Of a DNA stretch of 64,000 bases, positions 54,568 to 64,000 are shown piece after piece. The position numbers and the translations under genes are program-made. The DNA is from Adineta vaga (taxonomy: Eukaryota; Animalia; Rotifera). Position 1 is the stretch's first letter; each line of letters begins with the position of its first letter. The notes under the pieces are model-generated. The model was not told where the DNA came from, ran no database searches, and saw only the letters and a list, made by a program, of their open reading frames with translations. The stretch spans positions 11,408,001 through 11,472,000 of the forward strand of contig CP075492.1 of assembly GCA_021613535.1 (NCBI GenBank), written 5' to 3'.

Positions 54568-56613
54568 GAAATTTGATCTGCACTATATATCATAGACAAT
54601 TATGGAATTTCTTCTAAAGAACAAAAAAGACGAGAAATTAGACGTTTTTATGTCATGTAATCAATGAGTATGATATGTGAATCTTTGAAGATAAAAAAAA
54701 AGAGCTCCACCCCGAAACAACTGACTTCGAAGTAGGATGGTCATGATAATTAGATGGGACAAACGAGATGAATGACATAGGAACATATAATTTTGTTTTC
54801 TTTTCAAACCGGAAAAGAGAAAAGTTTCTCTCTTTCATTGGTTCTCTTGAAAAGAAGAAAATTCTTTGTTTGACCTCGTAAAACGAGAGAGAGAGAGAGA
54901 AGAGAAGAATCAGACAAAATATTTTATTGGATGTTAAATGAAACTAACGATGATTGGTTTAAATAATGATACACCTGTTTTCTTCGATGACAGAAATATC
55001 CAATTGCCTCCTGTAGTGAAATAATCAAAGAGACTCACAACATATGGAAGATTTAAAATTTCAAGAGTTTAATTTACCACTTGATCAATACTTAACGAGA
55101 AAAGAAACGAAACCGATTATCAGTCTTTTCTTTGTCATTAAATTAACATTTATCTTTTTCAACGTCTTTGTTAATCGATCGATGTCCTTGTTTATTTCAT
55201 TGAGGACATTGACAAAAATAAAATAAGACGACTATCTTATCATCTAGTTTCATTTTGTTCTTCAACATACCAATGTACCCACCTATGGCGAGGTGTGAAA
55301 GAGATTTCGCCTGAAAACATCGGTAGACAGCAGTTGTTCAAGCTTGTTTTAATTTATATAAAAGACAAGCGCTTAGGTTTTTTTTGATGATTATGTTGCG
55401 ATAACAAACTCATCTTTAAGCCTTCTGGCACATTTATTTCGTTTTTTTTTTCGCTTATCGAATCAACTTATAGATCAATCTTGTCAGAAATTTGAGATGA
55501 ACTGTCGCAAGCGATCGAATCTAATTCATCTACTCAATATGCCGATGAAGTAGAGAAAGAAAAGGTAGTTTAATTCGATTAATAGAAGTCGCATGGTGTG
55601 CAACTGACTTTTGTATAGACCGACTAATTACATGCACGAGGGAGAGCGAATTATCGAGGTTGGAATTCGTCTTTTTCTTTTTGTTTCAGCCGGATATTTG
55701 ACTATTAAATGAAAGAAACAACGAATCTGACTTCATTCATCTATGAAAAGATCAATACAGTGACACTTTTTATTTCAGAACAAAATGATGTTCATTCACA
55801 CTTAATCATTTGAAAAACTCAATATGAGAAGTTCATTGTGTCTGTATGTGAAAGAAAAACAGTGTCCTTTTCATGCCGTCAATGTAGTCAATAAATTTGG
55901 AAGATTGTCGTTTTCCGGTATTTATCTGTAAGGATAACTGACATGATGAATTTCCTCTTCACATTCGAATGAAAGAGTTAATAATAGTTGGCGTATGTCG
56001 AACATTTTCCTATGCTTTTAGTCTACAATTCTAACTGTCAAACAATTTAGAAAAATGCCGACTTCCGCTTTTCTTTCGCTTAATGCTTCCTAGTAATCAT
56101 CAAGACATTTTTTGTCTCTAATGCAAGTATAGAATAACATTTGAAATAAAAAAGAAGAATTCGACCTGGATGAAATGATTATGTCATTATGTTTTTTTTT
56201 CGATTGACCACCTTATAATTATATTACCACTATCATTAAATTCTTATCAATATATACGATCGTTTTTTGTTGTCATGTTGATTGAAATGTGCTTGTAGAG
56301 AGAGAGCGAGAATGTGACGATTGTCTTTCTTATCAAATAATCGAAAGAGAAGAAAATTTTCGAATGGAAAATGAGAATATAATGTTCGACGAGGGAAAAG
56401 TCAAGAAATCAAATACAGGATCAAATTATAGATAGTGTGTGTGTGAATGATACAAAATCAAATAAACTGCAATTCGATTGAAATAAACTTTTTCAATATG
56501 CATGAATTTCAGTATGTGAAATGACCAAAATGGATGTTTACTATTGTTTCTGTAAAAGAACGATTTATTTGAGAATGTATATAGTGGATTTGAAAAACAG
56601 AAAAAAAGTCTTT

Positions 56614-58461
56614 TTACATTGTATATGAAAATGAACATTTGAGATCATTAATATTTGTGGAGATTAACTGATTTAATCGATGTAGAAATGGAATTTGAAT
56701 GGTTAAAATAAAATAATCTTTACTATTAATGCCATGTTTAGCTAAAAAGATCGATAATATATATATATATAAGATTCGAACGCAATATTAAACTTACCAG
56801 ACATATAATCATATAACATAGCAAAGAATTCTTCTGCAATCATTTCGATATATTTGGATTTATCATTTCCTAGAAAAAAGATTTTGATAAACTAGAATAA
56901 AAATCATTCAACTAACCGATTGAAATAATGAGTAAAGCTAATATTATCGCTATTTCTTTGTCATTCAATTCAAGTATTTGTAAATCCTTTTCAAATCGAT
57001 TTGTTAGATCGGATAATTTAAAGAAAAATGGAAATTGTTGTTGAATATATTGATAATATGAAAAATCAGATGGTACATTCAAGTAATTCCAAGAATTCTG
57101 TAACGTTCCTAAACGTGTTGATTGTAAAGAAAAACACATAAGAATAACTGAATATGCTGATGAATGAATCAGTGAAGTTTTATCTTCGAAATTGAGAGAA
57201 TTAAAACCTTAAAGAAGAAGATAATATATTAATCGTTTCTCTTCTTTTTTGTCAAATCGAATTACTTGAAATTTCATCAGTAAAATTTCTAACACAATTC
57301 GAATATTTATTAAATTGTGAAATACATGCAGTCCAGAAATCATTTGTTTCAAAAGAATACATTGGAAGATCCTAAAGATTTGTGAAAACCAGAACATATA
57401 TCAAAAGTTTGCATAGCAGCATACTTTTAGATGACGAAGATAACTCATTTCAATCTCATTTATCTGCCGAAGCAATTCAGGATCAAGTGTATCTTCAAAA
57501 TGTGACATAGGAAGTTGTTGAACAAACGTTGAAGAAGCTGAAAATACCGAAAAATATGTTTTTGGGATAAATTTATAGTTTATTTTTTATCAAAATCATT
57601 GACTTACGTTCATAACTATGTACTGTTTTCTTTCTCGAATGAATTAAATTCGATGTTAATTCATGAAATAATTGTGATTGTATTAATCCTTGTCGTTGCA
57701 TTTCAATCATTTTATGTTTAAATAAATTTGATTGTCTTCCAATACGTGAACCTTCAATTGACATTCCTGCTGAAAGACATTTTCGAAAACGACACGCGCG
57801 ACACATGTTTCTCGTCGAAGTATTTACTTCACAATCATTTCGTTCTAAACATTTATAATGTTGTGGAATACGTTCTTTAATCATTCGACGAAAAAAACCT
57901 TTGCAACTCTAAATAATAATATAAAATAACTCTTCGAGATCGATTTAATGTCTATTTCAATTCTTACTTCACATGTTGTGACACCAAAATGTATACCTGA
58001 AGATGCTCCTGTACAAACAGCACATGGAATACCTTTAAAAATATCTTCGATTTTAGGATTAGAACTGTCTTCTGAAAAATAGTTTTGAATTAGAATAGAA
58101 TTCGATTCAAAAGGAAAAAAATATGAATATACCGGTGAGTTTCATGCCAATAGTAATACATTTTGAATAACGACAAAATTGGCATTGAGTTCGTGTTGTA
58201 CGTGTAATAGAACATTTTCTTTCACGTATACATCGATATTTTAGATATTCGCCATTAACGGATCGAAGAAAGAATTTTTTACAAGCTTCACTTGAAAAAA
58301 GAAACAAAATTCAAAGAATATTTTAGTAGACAAACTAAACTTTACCAAGTAATCGATCCACAATGCCATCCGCTAGCATTCTCTCCACAGACTTGGCAAG
58401 GTTCTGAACGAAAATCTTGTAAATAGACTGCAGTAGTCGATGTTTGTTCATTATAGGCCAT
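56614..58461 (-). CDS. Nuclear receptor with two tandem DNA-binding domains (2DBD-NR)
   Basis: DBD1 [28 protein letters not shown]...CQFCRYSKCITIGM. DBD2 [27 protein letters not shown]...CRACRFRKCLSAGMSIEGSRIGRQ. LBD signature RNFTDEISSFNSLNFEDKTSLI; LELNDKEIAIILALLI. Confidence 0.9.
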
Positions 58462-59169
58462 GTATGAACGATCAAATATGAAACGATCGACGAACTAGCA
58501 GATTAGATGTTTCTTTTCTCGAGAGAATTTAATGACCTTATTCTCTTCTCACTGTTCGTATCGATATACAGCATCACTATGAGTAATGTATTTTACGTTC
58601 ACACACACACATATATATATATTCTCGTTTTGGATATATGTGTGAGAGAAAGTGATCATAAAAATAAAGTATATAGATCATACGATCTGAACTATAAATG
58701 ACTGCAAGTATATATATATATTTCAAAAGAAGGAGAACGAGAGAAGAAGGAGGAATTGCAAGTTTGCATGATTCGATCAGACCATTTATTATGATCATTT
58801 TGTGAACGTAGTGATATATTTAGCTGAAGAAACAAAATTTAGATGGATAATGTATATATATGGACGGAAAACGCATCGTTTAACAGATGAACTCTCGTCG
58901 TTGCAAATCGTAGAGCAATATATACGTACAATTCTCTTTCCATGTGATGTATTTGACCGATTGTCCGACTTGATTATGTATTCTCGATGTTCTTCAGATG
59001 AAAATATAAAACGTCTGACAGATACTTAATAGATCGTTTAGGCTGTCTCATGTTAATCAATAATTCATCGTCTTTTGCTATAATATTATTCGTCACATTT
59101 TAGTACAATTACAACTTGCTCTTGAGTGCCAACATAACTACATTAAAACGAATGAAGTCTCTTTTTTTA

Positions 59170-59452
59170 GGGTGAGAATGAAGAATGAGGGTGGGATTGA
59201 TATGTAAATATACTACCCGTTCGGCAAAATTCAACCCACATCCTTCCACGTAGTGACGGATAGAAACGTTATCAGATGGCGACTAAGATGGGCTCTGATA
59301 AGGACCTCAGGACTGGTCATCCGAGAACCTTTCTGACTGACTCCGGGCAACTATCTCTCGTCTTGTCGTTAGCACGCAATGATTCCACAAAACTAAGAGT
59401 TTAAGATTAGACCGTCTACTGTTTTTGATAATGCAACGACGATTCGAACCAA
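59170..59452 (-). mobile_element. GC-richer non-coding island, possible tRNA-derived SINE remnant
   Basis: Clearly higher GC than flanks. Pol III B-box GGTTCGAATC on the minus strand (59441-59450). Ends in (CATTCT)2 and an A-run. No intact A-box seen. Confidence 0.4.
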
Positions 59453-60031
59453 ACCTACAAAAAGAAAAAACCCACACCCACCCTCAAGATGGTGTGAGAT
59501 TGCCCAGAGTATTTCAGTACAAATAAGAACACATAAACTAAATCTTTTCAAATGTTTTATTTTCTTTATGATTATAAAACAAATAGAGTTATACAATAAA
59601 TTTAAGAAAATTAGAATTGTATTATATATAAAACACCAAGTATGGATATATATCACAAACTGCACAAATGACATAGTTCATATTTATTTTTCTCTCGTTC
59701 TCTCTAATTCGAGTTTAAACATGCAAGCAACAATTATAGAAAAGAGAAATAAACAAACCAACAAAATGAAATCTATTTAACAAAAAACTGAAAAATATGT
59801 TTTTTTTCTCTACTTTTCTAATTTTTTTCATTATGTTTGTTTACCGAAATATTTGTCAAAAAAAAATAGAACGAAACATATCATGTATCACGATACGATA
59901 GTTATATAACGAGGGAAGGTTACTTATATTGCAATGTATGTGTACACATTTATATAACTATCAGAATCTTCAGATATTCTTCTCATTCGGGAAAGAGAAA
60001 GAAAATATACGCAAAGATACAAGAAGTGTTT

Positions 60032-61317
60032 TCAAACAACTGGTTTTCGTTGAAAATTATTCACCAATCCACTTTTTAGACTGGCAGTCACAGTTTCTAA
60101 CGTGGTAATTTTCTTTTGAAGATCAGCATTGACACGTTCATATTCTTCACTGAAACATAGAAAAAAAACAATATTTAATTAAACTAAACATTGTGTTTTT
60201 CTCACCATCGGTGATCCATATCACCAAATTTTTGTTTTCGAGATGCTCGAGAAATTTTCGAGGCTTCATTATTTTTCCGACGTCGTTCCAAATATTTGGA
60301 CAAATCATCTGAAGTTTCAATATCTGTTGCTCGATTGATGTTTCGAGGACGGGTTTGTTTTGCTTGATTTCCTTCAGTTGATATTGGACCAAGAGCACGT
60401 GATCGAAGTCGCGATGATTTTCGACAGGAACTTTGTGCTTGTGTTCGTTTGGAAAGAAAAGCATGGTCATGTTCAAATGCATTCAAAGCATTTTGATTAA
60501 AAACTTTTGTTGTCGGAGTTGATAAATCAAACGAAGTTGCTGGTGTAGTAAGTACTGAATTACCAACGTTAGTTTTATATTGTGAATGGAACATATCATT
60601 TGTTGTTAGTTCCGGTGAAAGTGGTCGAAGTTCTGAAAATGACGATGATGAACAAGGCATTGCAGGTGGATTTGATAACAATTCAGGATTATTTGCTGCT
60701 GATGTCATTAATTGATCAAATGATTCAGATCGTAACTGAAAAAGAAGAAAAATTCATTTGTTTGTTATGTAATGTAATTGCGCAATAGATCTATTTTTTA
60801 ACTTACGAATTCACTCAACGTTCTTGCATCGAGTAATTTAGTAGAATCAAGTTTTGCGAATTCATTCATATCAATATTTATATCATTAACACCAGCTTCA
60901 CTTAGTAATCGTTGTAAAGCAAATCCATTGCCACTTGCAAATAGCTCGTTCCATTTGTCAGTTGATTCCGAACCTAGTGGGAAAAAATATATATCAATGA
61001 GAACGATTGAAATTTAGAACATTTAGGTTTATCTAACCTTTGTTAAATAGGCCACCTGTCTTCAGGAAGGAACGTAGTTGGGTACTGATATTCGGCCAGA
61101 TCGGTGGTAGTTGAGTTGATGGTCGATTGCGATGACGTGATGGAGCTTCCTCTTCCTCCAAAATCACAGTCGAAGTCGAATCCGAGCGGGTCAAAGTCCC
61201 ATGCGTCGAATTGTCCGAGTTCGAATGTGTATTCTGAGTTTCGTTTATCTGTTGTTGTTGTTGTTGTTGTTGTTGTGGATGCATATGACTGTCGTGATTC
61301 ATGGTAGGGGTCGACAT
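60032..61317 (-). CDS. bZIP transcription factor (PAR/C-EBP-like basic region), 4 exons, N-terminal poly-Q
   Basis: KYLERRRKNNEASKISRASRKQKFGDMDHRCEEYERVNADLQKKITTLETVTASLK. Exons join in frame from ATG 61317. Confidence 0.85.
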
Positions 61318-63099
61318 TGCGATTGCGTTTGTCGTCACTATGAAACATGCTCGAGTTGCCGAACAGACTAAATAGCAGCGCACACGATGCTTTTTTCTTT
61401 TTTTTCTTTCTTTCCTTCTTTCTTTCTTTCTTTCTTTCTTTCTTTTTTCCTCTGTGTTTTTTTGTTCTGTCTTCGCTCGTCAAATATTCCCTATCAGCGT
61501 CAAGAATGCAGTTGTAATATTATAAATAGTAGGTAATTTTTTCTATACCGTTTAAGAGTATTTGCATTCGATATCGATCAACTTCAATCCGCCTTGTTTT
61601 GAAAACGCTGTCGCTTAAAACAACCAGAAGAGACTTAACCTTAAAATTGTATCTAAAAGAAGAATGTATATAAGTATTTAAAATCTCGTTTTAGACAAAT
61701 ATTGTTGGGATCGACTTGAGACATGTTCAAATAGTTTATTTATTGAATTTTTGAATAAGAAAATGAATATAAATGTACCTATCTGAAGAAACAAGCGCTT
61801 TCTAATGTGTAGCAATCGTCTGTCAGGTTTTTTCATTCGAGAAAAAATGAAAATTAATCGATAAAACAAAAATGCGGCGTTACATGGTCTTTTATGGGAA
61901 CGTTTCTCATTGCCTCTTTCTCTCTATTTTCTTCTCTCTTTTTCTTGCTATGACATTAGAATGAATAGAGAGAGAAAAAAAACGGAAGAAAATGAGAGGG
62001 GTTAAAGATGATTTTGTTGTCTATAGCGATGAATTTCGTAAGAATCAACAAGGTTAATGAAATATTTCTATTTCCTCCGATCCGGTATGTGTACCTGTTT
62101 TATCACTCCAACACTTATCGGTTACAAAAATAACTTTTTCAGGCAAAAAAGATCCTTTTTAGGAGCGATACATATTGGGAAATAAACCGACAGGTTATAA
62201 TGATTATCTATATAATCATCAAAATATGTGGGCTTTTATATCTTACTTGTAACGTCATTTATTGATTTGACTCATTCAAACGATCTTCTTGTGACTATTC
62301 CGAAAAGATGTACATCAATAAGGGTGATTAGAACAATAAGTTTTACACATCATGATATCATATATAGTCAATATTGACAGGAAAAAACCTAGGAGAGAAG
62401 GGAATTTATATCACACGATAAATAACAAGTACGATCATCCAATAACCAGAACTCTCGTTACTAGACAAAACATTTCGTCATATAGAATGTATATGACGTC
62501 ATTTTTACGCAATTATTCTATAACATGAGTCAGAAAGAAAAGATATGGTGAAATATAGAGAAGAGAAACACTCGATCGATACCATTTACTCGGTAATCAA
62601 AATAATAGAATAGAAAATACAATCATAATTTTCATTTTACATCAAGCCGTTAATTTCAAGTTCGAAAAAAAACATTCAGTCAAAACGAATAAATCTTGAT
62701 ATATTTTTTTGCATAATTGGAGAAAACCCAAAAATTGTTTATTCATCGAGTATAAAAAACGATTGTTATATGACTTTTATTCATTCTTTACTTCCTATAA
62801 AATACAAAGTCAGCTGATTGAAATAAAAAAGTATATGATTAATTTCTTAACAAAAATCTTCTTCTCGTCGAAATGAAACATTATTGTCGACCTCTTTCTA
62901 ATAATAAACATACTATCACTTGACAAAAACATTGACAGTCGTTATAGTTATTATCCCACTCATAATTTTCGAATCATTTCATTTTCCACGTCAATTTTCT
63001 AATACCATGCAGATACACTTGATAATTTATCATTTAAATGACTAATTCTTTGATTTATTCAGATCTTCCTCAAGTAATTCTTTTCAGCAAAAACAAATC

Positions 63100-63572
63100 A
63101 TGACAGCATTATCATCCACAACAAATGAATGCCATGAAAATTCTTATAGATTTGAATATAAATCAAAACCAAGTACCACTATACATAAAATTGGTCGATG
63201 GTCTATTGAAGAAAGTTTCGAACCATTCGAACAAAAAGAAAATAAATCAACACTATCAACTAAACGTAAAAAACAAAGTTTATTCAACGAATCTAATATT
63301 CATCAATGGAATGTAAGTCATTTATCGAACATGATTTTATCAAAGATTTTTCTTTACTATAAATTTAGGTTGATGATGTATGTTTATTCTTCATATCTGT
63401 TCTTGAAACAACCTGTTATTCATTAATAATCAGAGAACATCTTATTGATGGAGCTGCTCTTCTTCTACTAGAAGATAAACATTTGATGAAATTTTTTCAA
63501 ATGCCATTGGAATATCGATTGAAACTACTTCGTAAAATTGCCAGAATAAAAAAAGAGCATTCTTTTTTATAA
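63100..63572 (+). CDS. Small SAM-domain protein (Polycomb/SAMD-type SAM)
   Basis: IHQWN|VDDVCLFFISVL...IIREHLIDGAALLLLEDKHLMKFFQMPLEYRLKLLRKI. Intron 63313-63368. Confidence 0.75.
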
Positions 63573-63576
63573 CATT

Positions 63577-64000
63577 TTATTGTTTTTGAAATTTTCCTTG
63601 TAAAAAAACACGTGGTACACAGACATCTTCTTTGAAATTAACTGTCTCTTTAAATACATATGATAATTCATCAATTTTAAATTGACATTCTTTTAATAAA
63701 TTGTTCAAATATTCAATTGAAAAAAAGTAAGCACGTGTACCATCTTGTCTCACATAGAAATTTTCAGATAATTTATGTTGTCGTTGACGAGCAAAACGAA
63801 ACATTGCATGATCATATAGACCGTAATCGCGAAAGAGAAGATACCCACCAGGTTTTAAAACCTAATAAAATTCAATGATACATTTATTTTAATGTAAAAT
63901 TTCTTACTTTATGAATTTTTTGAAGTACATGTAACATTTTATCGGGATGAATAGCAGATAGAACAAAGATCATGGAACAAAAATCAATCGAATTTTCTTC
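63577..64000 (-). CDS. METTL6: tRNA N3-methylcytidine methyltransferase (3' part only)
   Basis: [13 protein letters not shown]...|[23 protein letters not shown]...[18 protein letters not shown]...[10 protein letters not shown]. Confidence 0.9.

Noticed and set aside
1-64000. CRISPR arrays, rRNA, intact tRNA, autonomous transposons
   Set aside because: None seen. The only B-box lacks a cloverleaf context, and no RT or transposase ORF is present.

Overview
AT-rich (~30% GC by eye), gene-dense eukaryotic DNA with many ~50-60 bp GT-AG introns. Intron style and gene content suggest an invertebrate, most likely a bdelloid rotifer (inference, not verified). The ORF track fragments most genes, so I rebuilt them by manual splicing. 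In order: cytospin/SPECC1-like (5' partial), MARVEL protein, caveolin, PSME4/PA200, a deleted caveolin duplicate, an intronless secreted/GPI orphan, a MITE, EEF1G, SNRNP27, COQ4, BAZ2/toutatis, an intronless bacterial-type sphingomyelinase C (horizontal transfer candidate), a degenerate hnRNP K-like KH protein, an orphan, PTPN9, SHC, complexin, CIMIP1/C20orf85, GCH1, Sp6-9, a two-DBD nuclear receptor, a SINE-like remnant, a bZIP factor, a SAM protein and METTL6 (partial). Best leads: (1) an operon-like SNRNP27-COQ4 junction with poly(A) signal and splice acceptor in a 123-bp spacer; (2) the bacterial-type SMase; (3) the 2DBD receptor with a CEACKK-CESCKG P-box pair and no AF-2 helix; (4) a patchwork of gene fragments around PSME4 with a microhomology deletion; (5) an alternative complexin N-terminus; (6) a recurring upstream 11-mer, TGGCGTATGTC; (7) convergent stop codons 4 bp apart. 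Internal exon boundaries are by eye and need RNA-seq confirmation.
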